64,000 nucleotides of DNA from Azolla caroliniana (Eukaryota > Plantae > Polypodiophyta), in NCBI GenBank assembly GCA_043228905.1, contig JBHGNT010000002.1:4712001-4776000 (forward strand), given 5' to 3'. Of this stretch, positions 37,581-49,585 are shown piece by piece. A model generated the notes under the pieces. The model was not told the origin of the DNA. It was given only the letters and a program-made list of their open reading frames with translations, and made no database searches. The position numbers were made by a program, and so were the translations under genes. Each line of letters starts with the position of its first letter. Position 1 is the first letter of the stretch.

Positions 37581-40500
37581 TGTCGTGAAGATTTTCGTCC
37601 ATAGGCGGAAACCGGGGTGGAAGGGGCAAGTCAGTGGTGTGCAACATGTGCACATGTATACTAGGATATGGTGTATAGAAAGAGAGGGGAAATTTTGTCC
37701 CACATTGTAAGGTCCCTCCCTCCTTGGGCTATAAAAGGAGGGGAGGGGTCACTTATGAAGGGGTTGCCTATTTTGTGCGAATAAGGTATACCACTTAGTC
37801 TAGGTTTCTCCCTCTTCCCATTTCGTTTTAGGGTTAGGGTTTCGGTTAGGGTTTTCTTCTTGGGTTTTCCCGTTAGGGTTTTCGGATAGTCATTTTTGGT
37901 GCGGCCATGGCGGCCACCACTGTTGTAACCGTTCGTTGTTTTAACATAACTTGTTGAACATCTTGCCTCCGCCAATCTCTCCTTCGATGTCGTGGTCTTA
38001 TTCTTTCCTCTTGTCCTCTTGAGCTAAGCCTCCATATCATGTCCTATTCTTTCTCCTCCACTCCCTAGTCCAAGACCCCCGCGGTCCCGCCCCTTCTACA
38101 CGCACGCGCGTATCAACGCGACATCTTTGGTGAACTCGACGTGAAGGGCGGCAAGGGAGCATGGAGATGGAAGAAGACTTGGACTTCGAGGAGATGATGG
38201 CAAAAATCGTGATGGAAGCCGGACGGAAGATGGCGAAGCGAGATGCGGCTCAACAAGCCGTCGAAAGGGTGGTCGATTGAGTCGGCCGATTCAAAGGGGA
38301 CGATGTCCCGAGGTTCTTGGAAGCGTACGATGCCGAGATGGCGAAAGGGGGCGTGGACGAGGAGATGCGGCTAGAGTATTTTCCTCGAGTGGCGGCCGCA
38401 TCGGTGCACAAGGAGGTCAAGGAGCTACGAGAAGCTCACGGGTCGTGGGTGTCCTTGAAGGTAGCCCTATTGGAAGCGTGCGGATACGCGAAACCGGAGT
38501 GGGTATGCCGGCAACCCGTTGGGGAGCGGTTGGCAACAACGTGGCCCGCGAGCGGCAGAGAAGAGAGAGTGGCGAGTGAGTACGCACTACCGCCGGAAGA
38601 GAGCTCAACGCAAAACGGTTCGGAGGAGCTCGACCTAGAAGCGCTAATACGAGAGGCATGCGAGCTTGTGAAGGCGAAAATCGGAGCCGAAGAAGGGCTT
38701 ATTATGGAGTCGGGCCGAAGGCGATCGGAGGATATGGAGGAAGAAGCCTCCCTAAGCGTAGAAGACGGGGCCTATACGGAGGCCAGAAGAGCGTATGACG
38801 GATACATGGGAGAGGGTGCGGAGCAAGCGACCCTCTTGCCTTGCGGTGAAGGGACGGCCATGGAGGCCGGTAACTACGGATTCGGGACATGGCGGCCCGA
38901 AACATTGAGTGAGGAGCGGACAAGCGGCGGTGCCGCGACCTTACACACACCGGTCATAGAGATTCCGGCATCCGGCCCGAGAGCCGGTGTGAGACCTAGA
39001 GTGACGGACGGTGGCGGAGGCAAGGCGGGCAACCGAGACGACAACATGGGAGAGATGGTGGCAAGCGTAATCGAGGTTTGCGGAATCGGAGATGGGGTAG
39101 ACGCGGACAACGACGACTGGACGGAAGCGGCTACTGACACAACGAGTGGCGGTGCCGGGTCCTTACCCACACCGGTCCTAGAGGCTCCGGCGGCCGGCCC
39201 GAGTGCCGGCGTGAGACCTAGAGCGACGGGCGGTGGTGGCGGCAAGGCGGCCTACCACGGCGACGAAGAGAACGAGGAAGAGATAGCCACGGACCACGGC
39301 GTCCGAACGAAGGTGGCTACGAACATGGCATCGGCGAGTAACGGTATCGGTACTTTTCCCACACCTATTCAAGAGACTTCGGCAGTCGGCCCCGAGAGCC
39401 CACGTGAGACCGGAGAGACGGAAGGTGGCGACGGCGAAGTGGACGATCGAAACGACGACGAGGAAGGTCATAGCGGACGGAGGCAAGACCTCTCGACACC
39501 GAGACCGGAGACTACGGCGGTTGCGCTCGAATGCCAACATAAGACCGGAGAGAAGGGTGGTGGCCGTGAGGAGGTGTGGCCCGGAGCGAACACGTACGAA
39601 GATGAGGATGCGAGGCCCGGAACGGGCATATACGAGAGGACCAACGGAGAGGTCGGGAGTGGCAAAGAGGAGAGAGTCGGGAACCGACCCGACCTGAAGA
39701 TGGACCGGTCGATAATCCGACATGACCGGAAGACGACGCGGAAGAACATTGGAGCAGGGTCTGGTTAACTGGGCCCGAACCGAAGAAGAGTTGGCAAGGT
39801 CGGATTTGTTCGGACAAACATCTACCGGCCGGTTACGATTACGGAAGGGAGCCGACCTAACCGGAACTCGATCGGCCGAGACCGATCCGGGCGAAGGCAA
39901 AGTTGGCACGGTTGGAGGTCGAGGCGAACGGGCCACAACACCCGGTGGGAGCCGGTGAGCGCGAGAAGGAAGCTAACCGGGCACGGTGATTACGGCTTGG
40001 CAGAAGACCGAGAACGAGAGGAGCCCTCCACATCTATCCTTGAGACTTCGGCGGTTGCGGATCAACATAAGACCGGAGACACGACGGGTGGCGGCGAGGA
40101 GTCGGAGACCGGAACGGACAAGGCTACCGGAACGGGTAACCGGTGCGTGAAGGCGGACGGGCATGACCAAGACGGCAAGCCGGAGTCGAAAGGGGCTACG
40201 GCAACGAAATACGAAGAGGCCGACGCGGAGGTCGGGACTACAACGAGGGAAGTGTGTAACGCAAACCATGCATTACGGCGTAGAACGGAGCGTGCACTAC
40301 GGTCGGCGAAGGGCCAAGAAGCAAGCATGCACCCGGAAGAGCCGCAACGAGTGACCGATGATGACGGTCGGGGAAAGCCTTCAAGAGGCAAGTGCAGGAC
40401 GACGGGCAGTGCGACGAGACGCCAAGATCAACAAAAAGAGACGGGCATGATCGGCGTGAACGAAGGATTGTGTCTGGGAAAACGGAGGGGATGCGCGGAG

Positions 40501-42057
40501 AACAACGGGGTACACACCGGGAAGAGAAAACGTGGCGGCTTCCCGGAGGGCATACAAGGCCAGGTGGAACAAGAGGGTGTACCTCGGGGCGAAGCGGCAA
40601 CATCAGAGGTTGCGGAGGACACCGAAGAAGAGAGCACCGACACGGATGTCGGGGAAGCAACGTACCTTTTCGAAAGGGGACGCAGAGCGGAGCGGAGTGC
40701 GAGACGTGCGATGTGGCCGCGTAAGGGCCGAACGACAAGCATGAGGATGATCGGCGAGCATGGAAGGCTATGTCTTGAGAACCGGAGGAGGTGCGTGGAG
40801 AGCAACGGGCTACGGAAGCACGGCATCCCGGAAGGCATGCGAGGCCGAGCGGGCCAAGAGGACGAGAGACGGGATGAAGCGGTAACGGGAGTCGCGAAGG
40901 ACACTGACATGGTGGTCGGGATGACGGTACGCTCTACGGCGAGAGAGCACGGCGAGCGAGGGAGAAGCGAGGAGCGCGTAATGAGGTCACCGAGGGACCG
41001 AAGAACGAGCGCATGTTCGGGAGACAACAAGGGCACATGGGAAGAGCCTACAGAAGGTGAGCGTGGAACGGAGGGAATTGGCACGAGGTGTTCGAGACGA
41101 AGAGAGGATCGAGCCGGAGATAGAACACAAGCGGTACGCGAGGGGCGGAATCCGTCGAGCAAACAGGGTGACCGAGGGCCTAATCGGAGGACCTACATGG
41201 CGGACAAAGTAAGAGTGACCAGATCGGCAATGGCGTTCGGGAGGGTCGGTCGAAGAAGAAGGCGTGAACGTCGGATATGGCGGATCGGATGGAGCCGCCG
41301 GTTCGGGGACACACGCTGGATGTGGTGGATCGGATGGAGCCGGCGGGTCGGGGACGGTAAGGGGCCGGCAAGACGGATCGGCGCCAGCAAGGGACCGGCA
41401 AGAAGGTTGGGTGCCGGTAAGGCGAAAGACCCGGTTGATCACCGTGGACGAAATCTCTCACCCTTTTCCTTTCTTGGCACATGCCGGTGGATGTGCGGTT
41501 TGGTGGGGGTGGATGTCGTGAAGATTTTCGTCCATAGGCGGAAACCGGGGTGGAAGGGGCAAGTTTGGTGGTGTGCAACATGTGCACATGTATACTAGGA
41601 TATGGTGTATAGAAAGAGAGGGGAAATTTTGTCCCACATTGTAAGGTCCCTCCCTCCTTGGGCTATAAAAGGAGGGGAGGGGTCACTTATGAAGGGGTTG
41701 CCTATTTTGTGCGAATAAGGTATACCACTTAGTCTAGGGTTCTCCCTCTTCCCATTTCGTTTTAGGGTTAGGGTTTCAGTTAGGGTTTTCTTCTTGGGTT
41801 TTCCCGTTAGGGTTTTCGGATAGTCATTTTTGGTGCGGCCATGGCGGCCACCACTGTTGTAACCGTTCGTTGTTTTAACATAACTTGTTGAACATCTTGC
41901 CTCCGCCGATCTCTCCTTCGATGTCGTGGTCTTATTCTTTTCTCTTCTCCTCTTGAGCTAAGCCTCCATATCATGTCCTATTCTTTCTCCTCCACTCCCT
42001 AGTCCAAGACCCCCGCGGTCCCGCCCCTTCTACACGCACAAGCGTATCAACGCGACA
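37581..42057 (+). mobile_element. Non-autonomous pol-less gypsy-related LTR element (gag-only, TR-GAG/LARD-like)
   Basis: LTRs 37581-38123 and 41514-42057, about 98% identical. 4-bp TSD ACGG. PBS TGGTGAACTCGACGTGA (tRNA-Trp-like). Same PPT as family A. No RT or INT motifs. Confidence 0.94.
38161..41598 (+). pseudogene. Gag N-terminal domain fused to a long low-complexity repetitive extension
   Basis: GRFKGDDVPRFLEAYDAEM is gag-like. One frame with only two internal stops (38278, 39766). Confidence 0.6.
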
Positions 42058-43045
42058 ACGGTTGGAAGATTCGCATGGAAACTCGCGCCATGGAAGAGCT
42101 TCACGGGGCATGGCCGAATGTCTGGGTAACGGTGGGCGATGTTGAAATAGAACAACACTTCTTCGTACAGGAGTCTTTGTCGCATCCAATTATACTCGGT
42201 GAACCTTACATTACGACAACTTGTATACAGACCAATGTGCTGGACAACGGTTTGGCGTACACGCGGGTGAAGAGCTAGGTCGGTAAGCACTTTGTCCAAT
42301 TTTTGACAGTTCGGCCCAACCACGAGCGGAATCGCGACACTCTCGGCAACGACAGTTGAGAGGATTTTTGAAGAAGAATATCAAGGCGTGGGGCCAAGGT
42401 AGTCTGGACAACTAGAAGAGACCCCACACTTGTATACTAGATAGAAGTTTTTGGTCCTCTGTTAATGGAGGTTGTACCATAACCGGCATCGGTGGCCAGG
42501 AGAAGAAGCAAGTTGAAAGGCGTCTGAAGGTATGCCGAGCCTTGGACCCTGACGACTCGATTACTTGCACCGTGGAGGCGGTCTCGTTTGACGACACCCT
42601 TGGGGGAATCAAGAGGGTAGTCGAGGAGGATCTTCGCGAAAACCGGGCCATCCTGGTAAATTCCGTCGATATGTATGAAGTCATCGCGGAGTTTGGGAAG
42701 ATGATTGGGTCGGATCGGACCGCCCGAGTAGCACCAAGTACAAGACTGTGGACCGGAAGGTGAGGCCAGTCGCGGTTCCCTTGCCGGAGGACAACTGGGA
42801 ACGGATGAAAGGGGTCGCAATGGACCCGAGTTTATGAGATCCGGCCGGCATTGGACACCAATTCACTGACGAGACACGGAAGCTCAAGATCGGTGGGGGT
42901 AACTTTCTACTACCTGCGGAGGAGGACCGGTTTCAGAGGGTGCTCGAAAGGCATGGGAAAGCCTTTGCATTCTCGTCGGGGGAGATCGGGTGCATCGACT
43001 GGATGATTGTAGTGCCAATGGTGATATTCATGGTACCACACCTAC

Positions 43046-46000
43046 TGTCATCGTGAAGATTTTCGACAACGGTGTGAAAAACAAGTGGAAAGGAGAAAAC
43101 CGAGAAGGGTTCACTTTCCCGCTTCTTTCACTGTTTTTTCTCAATGAGTTACCCCACACATATATGCATCTAATACGACTCTCTCTCTCTCTATAAACTT
43201 ATCTATCACACACACACACACACATATATATATGACTATGTGTATATATATGTGTGTGTATATTCGTCGGAACTTCGATTCGGCCGACTACCATTCGACC
43301 TGTAAAGAATCAGGTATAATTCTTGTGTAACGGAAGAGATGTGTGTTATGTGTATGTGTGAGAGGAATTAGAGGAGAGATGAGAGAACACAAGATAGATA
43401 GAAAGAGGAATACTCAAGAAGAAGAAGATGCATATTTCACAAGTAGAATGGACATACAAAATTGTAGCATTACAAGGAGTCACAACCAACCTAGTATGAA
43501 GTATGAGGAGGGTGCTTTATATAGAGTCACCCTCTCTCTTCATTAACTTTACAACAACCACTCTCTCTCTTGGGGAATGTGAAGACTCATAGTCATGGGG
43601 AATATGTAACTCATTAGTTATGTGTCATAAAATATGATTCTATGACACATAGTTAATGTGTAGAGAGTAGTGGTGTGACTCTTGACCTTTGAGTAATCAT
43701 GGATTCTCAAAAGGTGTGTTCACACATTGCACTATGTTGAGCTTGATTCTCAACACACCCCCTCAAGCTCAACTCGGCTTTGGTGAAGATGTCGGCCGTC
43801 TGAAGATTCATGTTGATGTGTTGAAGGTCGACATCTCCGGCCTGTACGCGCTCTTGAATGAAGTGATAGCACACTTCGATATGCTTTGTGCGTGCGTGGA
43901 ACAACGGGTTCCGAGCCAGATATATACTGCTCTTGTTGTCATAGTAAATGGGAGTCAAATCCTTGATGGGGACACCCAGATCCTTCAAAATTCTCTTGAG
44001 CCATACGGCTTCACATGCAGCTACGGCTGCGCCCCTGTATTCGGCCTCCGTACTCGAAAGTGCAATGGTAGGCTACTTCTTACTACTCCAAGATATTGCT
44101 CCGCTACCAAGCGAGAAGACAAATCCGGAGGTCGATCGTTGATCGACTTTGTAGCCTGCCTAGTCCGCGTCTGTGTACCCTTCGAGTCGTATTGGTGTGG
44201 CCGATGCGTAGAGAAAGCCGTAATCCATTGTGCCGCTCACGTATCGTAATACTCGCTTAGCGCAATCGAAATGGATATCTCACGGAGTTTGCATGAATTG
44301 GCTAAGGAGTCCGACTGGATAGCTAAGGTCGAGTTGAGTGATCGTGAGATAGATGAGGCGCCCGATCAGATGACTATATTGGGTCGGCTCGCACTCGTTT
44401 GTGCCGGAGTCAACATCTAGTTTGAGGTTTCAATCGAGAGGCGTAGCGACTGATTTGCACTCCATCATCCTGAACTTGTATAACAAGTTGAGGATGTAGT
44501 GCCGTTGAGAGATCATAATGCTGGTTGGAATCCGAATTACTTCGATGACAAGGAAGTAATGGAGCTCCTTCATGTTCGTCATCTCGAATTTTTCGGAGAG
44601 GAGGGACTTGACCTTGTTGATGTCGACTAGACTTTCACCTCCAATGACCAGATCATCCACGTATAGGATGATGACAATTAAGCTTCTAGAGTCGTGTCGT
44701 ACGTAGAGGGAGTTGTCGGATTTCGACATTCGAAAGCCGATTTGATGAAGATATTGCGTAATCTTCGAATGCCAAGCACGCGGTGCTTGCTTGAGGCCGT
44801 AGAGAGGCTTCGTTAGTTGGCATACGGTTTTTGGATGAATGCGCGATTCGAAGCTGGGTGGTTGTACCATGTACACCTCCTCGTCTAATTCGCCTTGAAG
44901 AAAGGCGTTCTTGACGTCCATTTGGTGGAGGTGCCACCCTTTTGCCGTTGGAAGTGCGATCACGGTTTGCACTGTCGTCATCTTTGCCACCGGGGCAAAG
45001 GTCTCTTCATAGTTGACTCTATGTGTTTGTGCATATCCTTTCGCTACGAGTCGAGCTTTGTAACGGTTTACGGAGCCGTCGACATTATACTTCACCTTGT
45101 AGATCCATCTCCAGTCAATTGCCTTCTTGTGCGGTGAGTGGGGAACGAGATCCCATGTCTCGTTCTTGCGTAGTGCATGCATCTCCTCGTTCATTGCTTC
45201 GATCCATGGCGGGTCCTTCGCGGCTTCAAAAAAGGTTTCCGGCTGCTGTACTATTGCTACCTTCATCATAAAGGCGTAATAGTACGCCATATAATCGTTG
45301 TAGCCGAATCAGTTTATGGGGTTCTTTTCACGGGTGGATCGGCGGAGCTTCTCGTTTGCGGATACTACAACTTTCTTCGCTCCATTTGTCCGGATCTCAA
45401 GGCCTTTGAACTCACTATCGAGGGAGTGAGTCGATTCATTGCCGTCGATGTGATTGTCTTCATACTCCAGCATTTATGCCTTCCCTTTGTCCATCTTCGG
45501 ACTCGGCCGAGATGTGCTTTGATCACTCGGGGGCTCTTGTGGCCCACTAAGCCTTGTTGTAATTGGGCTTTCTTCGAACATACGTGTGAGTCAATCTTCG
45601 GCTTCTATCTCTATATCGGCGTATTTTGGGTCAAACGGAATCGGAGTCAAAGTTGTCTCTGGTGCGTACCAGGATGCAAACTCGTCGAAAACAATGTCTC
45701 AACTTACTCGAGATTTTCGAGTTGACAGGTTGTAGCACTGGTACCCCTTTTGCTCCAGTGAGTATCCTATGAGGATACATTTCTCCGACTTCGGGTCGAG
45801 CTTTTGACGCTTCTTGTTGGGGATGTGCACGTACGCAATGGAGCCAAAATCCAAACATGTAATAGGTCCGGCTACTTTCCGAAAAACTTCTTGTGCGGAG
45901 TAAGTTCATGCACAACTGATGTCGTACACCGATTCATTAGGTATACGACCATGTTAGGCGCTTCTGCCCAATGAGACTTCGGCACGTGCTTTTCGTTCAT

Positions 46001-49000
46001 CATGGCCCGTGCTACTTTGAGGATGTGCCGATTCTTTCGTTCGGCCACTCCGTTTTGTGGTGGCGTATGTCGACATGAAAACTCTCGCTGAATTACTTCT
46101 TTCCGTAGATACGCCGTAAACTCATCCGAGAAATATTCCTTGCCTCCATCCAACCGAAGACATCGTATATATCGGCCCATGGCTTTCTCGACTTTATTCT
46201 TGAATTTTTGGAAGTGTCCGAACACTTCGCTCTTTTGCCACATCGGGTAGATCCAAGTGTGCCGAGAGAAATCGTCGATGAAGGTAACGTAGTATCGGCA
46301 TCCGCCGAATGTCGCCGTCTGAGCCGGACCCCATACATCGGAATGAATTACATCTTGTACACCTTTGCTCACGTTCCGCTCCTTTGGAAATGGGTGCCGA
46401 TGTTGCTTTTCGAATTGGCAAGCGGCACACACACCTTCAATCTCTTTCTCCGTGAATGTCGGGAGCCCGATGACGACTCCTTTCGATTGCATTGCCTTGA
46501 GCTTTTGGAGTTGATATGGTCAATCCGCTTGTGCCATAACTCTATGTCGGAATCGGCTTTCATGCCCTTTGCGAACATGGCCGATTTCATCTCGTGTGAG
46601 TCGAGAATGAACATTCGGCCCTCTCTTCTTCCGTGAGCGATGAGTTGGCCCTCTTTTTCAATGAAGCAACCGCCTTGATTAAATTGTACTTGCATTCCTT
46701 GCTCTACAATTTGGCCGACGGAGACCAAATTCTTCATGATTGTTGGTACATGCAAGACATTTTTAATATAAGTTTTCTTACCTTCCTCTCCTAACGAAAC
46801 ATTGCCGATGTGCCGTATCGGGTGTGTAGTGTTGTGTCCGGTTTAGACATAGCCGGGTCGGTCTAGCTCTCAAAGTTCTCAAAAACATTCTTGATGCGAT
46901 GTCATATGGTTCGAGGCACCGGAATCGACGAACCATATGTCTTCCGGACCGGAGGCACTAGTAGAAGTAGAGGCTGACATAGAATTCTCTCTATGTCTCA
47001 TCACGAATATTCCGTCGCGATCATCATAGTCGGAGGGTGATGGCATAGTTGGTGAGTTGTCGGCTAGTGGAAGCCGACTTGCGTATCTTCTTATGACATT
47101 CTTCTTCGTGGTGACCTATTTTTTCGCAATATCTGCATTCGATTGAGCTTTGTCGGTTTGGACCGGAATGGAAGCTCCCCCTTCTTCCGAAGGTTCCTCG
47201 ATGGCTTCCATCTTGATGCCGAAATTGCGAGTTGTTTTCGTAAGTCGGGCCTCGTCCACCTCATCCTTGACCGAATCAGCCTCTTCTTGCACGACCGTGT
47301 CCTCTTCTTCCGTCCAAATGCATGTAGAGCATGTGGCCTTTCGAGGTGTTGCTCCTCGTTCGAACATGGTTTTCTTTGACCAACAACATAGATTGAAGAT
47401 CGAAGAAGGAGGGTGGATTCTCCCGTGCTAGTACGACGGTCCGCATCGCACCGATTCGTGGTGCAAGGCCGCCGAGGCATATTTGCACCATCTCATCATC
47501 ATCCACATTGACGCTTATCGAGCCAAGAGAGTTGCAAAGCTCCTTGATCTTCAAGGTGTAGCTTGTGATGTACATATCCCTTTGTTGGACGTTGTTCAAC
47601 TCTTGGCGGAGTTGAAGCTTTCTCGCGGTAGTGTTGGTGGCGAAAATCTTTCGTAGATTCTCCCACGCTTCCTTCGGTGTCTCGGCTTCTTGAATGTACC
47701 CGAGCATGTGGTCGCGAACAGATGTCGCCAAGCAATACATCACTCGGCTTGCCGCTTGCTCCCACGTTGCATAGTCGGCGTCTTCCGGGTCGGGTCGGTT
47801 TTCTTGTGCTCCCTTGATGTAACCCCAATAGCCTTGGCCGACAAGGTATTGGTGCATCTTGTACTCCCAAGATGCGAAGTTGTTTCAGTCCAACTTCTTG
47901 CTAGGGAGAGCGCTCCTCATTTGAGTATTCATTGTCGATTAAGCTTCCTTTCTTCTTTTCCTTCTCTCTCGAACACGAGCTATGTAGTGGTACTACGATA
48001 GCGATGAGCCAGTTCTTCTTGAACGTCAATGTAGAGCACACCACATGATCACGATGAGGCGAGTGGGCTAGATCGAGCTACCAAATCGCTCTGATACCAT
48101 GTAAAGAATCGAGTATGATTCTTGTGTAGCGGAAGAGATGTGTTATGTGTATGTGTGAGAGGAATTAGAGGAGAGATGAGAGAACACAAGATAGATAGAA
48201 AGAGGAATACTCAAGAAGAAGAAGATGCATATTTCACAAGTAGAATGGATATACCAAATTGTAGCATTACAAGGAGTCACAACCAACCTAGTATGAAGTA
48301 TGAGGAGGGTGCTTTATATAGAGTCACCCTCTCTCTTCATTAACTTTACAACAACCACTCTCTCTCTTGGGGAATGTGAAGACTCATAGTCATGGGGAAT
48401 ATGTAACTCATTAGTTATGTGTCATAAAATATGATTCTATGACACATAGTTAATGTGTAGAGAGTAGTGGTGTGACTCTTGACCTTTGAGTAATCACGGA
48501 TTCTCAAAAGGTGTGTTCACAGGTATCACTATGTTGAGCTTGATTCTCAACACGACCAAATCCCATTTCGGCTTTTTGGTCGATTTTGGCAAACCGACTA
48601 TTGTTTCTACTTTCTGTTCGATTTCAGCTAGCTGACTCCCATTTCGGCTTTTCGGTTGATTTCGGCCAACCGACTCTTGTTTCGGCTTTCTAAACGATTT
48701 CGGCCAAACGACTCTCGTTTCGACTTTTCGACCGACTTCCCCCACAAGGAGGGACAATCTTACATAACACAATTGACTTACCACAAAGCCAAGTCATTTC
48801 TTTAAAAGTTGTATTTTCATCATTATACTTTTCATATGTAAATTCTCATACATGAGAGTTTGAATGAATGACATGGTTATCATGCATCACATGTAATGCA
48901 TGAGCGCCAAATGGCAAACATGCATTACATGCATTGTACGTATGTCTTGCACCCTCACATGCATCATATGGATGGGGGCATCTATAAAAGAGGGGAGGAA

Positions 49001-49564
49001 AAAGAAAAGGGGGATCAAGGAATGAAGGAAGCAAGCTATGTACTGAATTAAGAAACAATAATAACATCTAGTTATGTTCTTGGTGATGTATCTTGTCTCT
49101 CTAAATTGAAGTCAAGGATCTCAATCTCTCTCTCTCTCTCTCAATCTGTCTCAGAATTGAAATCTCTGTCTCTCAATCTCTCTCAATCTATCTTAAATAC
49201 TTTCTCACTAAAGCTTCAAATCCTTCTGGTCCAGGACCCTAGCGGTTCCGCTTCATTTCGCGAACACGCAAGGATTTCCTCGACATCTTTCTTGGTGAAC
49301 CTGACGTGAAGAAACGGTAGGAAGGATCAATATGAGGATCAACCGATACTTAGAGATGGCATCCTTAAGCAATCAAATGGGAGAGTTCGAAAGGATGATG
49401 GTAATCGTCGAATAAATGATGAGATCTCGGGACAACGATGCGAGTGTGGAGAAGGACGTTGACCGTGTCGTGGAGATCAAGGGCCAATTGATGGAAGGAA
49501 CATTACGAAGTTCCTTGATGCATACAAAAGGGCGATGAATCATAGGGACGTGTCTGAAGCACGT
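43046..49564 (+). mobile_element. Gypsy family A-related 5' LTR (about 43046-49285, split by copia-2), PBS and gag start, truncated
   Basis: Begins TCGTGAAGATTTTCG, ends CTCGACA. PBS TGGTGAACCTGACGTGA. Gag-like VDRVVEIKG..DGRNITKFLDAY. Confidence 0.8.
43301..48552 (-). mobile_element. Full-length decayed Ty1/copia (copia-2), same family as copia-1
   Basis: LTRs 48100-48552 and 43301-43755. Perfect TSD CGACC. PBS TGGTATCAGAGC at 48088-48099 (minus). PPT 43756-43769. All pol motifs present. Confidence 0.97.
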
Positions 49565-49585
49565 TGTCGTAGTGTAATTCGCACA

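Larger units (their letters stand above)
37220..43040 (+). mobile_element. Gypsy family A fragment (gag C-terminus, PR, start of pol), split by the element at 37581-42057
   Basis: ERILDIKGELSL...ALIDH*SEINLM...NTKH|GWKIR rejoins across the insertion; homologous to 18697-19830 and 62560-61190. Confidence 0.9.

Noticed and set aside
39178-41587. Long antisense ORFs in GC-rich retroelement DNA
   Set aside because: Shadow ORFs of biased composition with no motifs.
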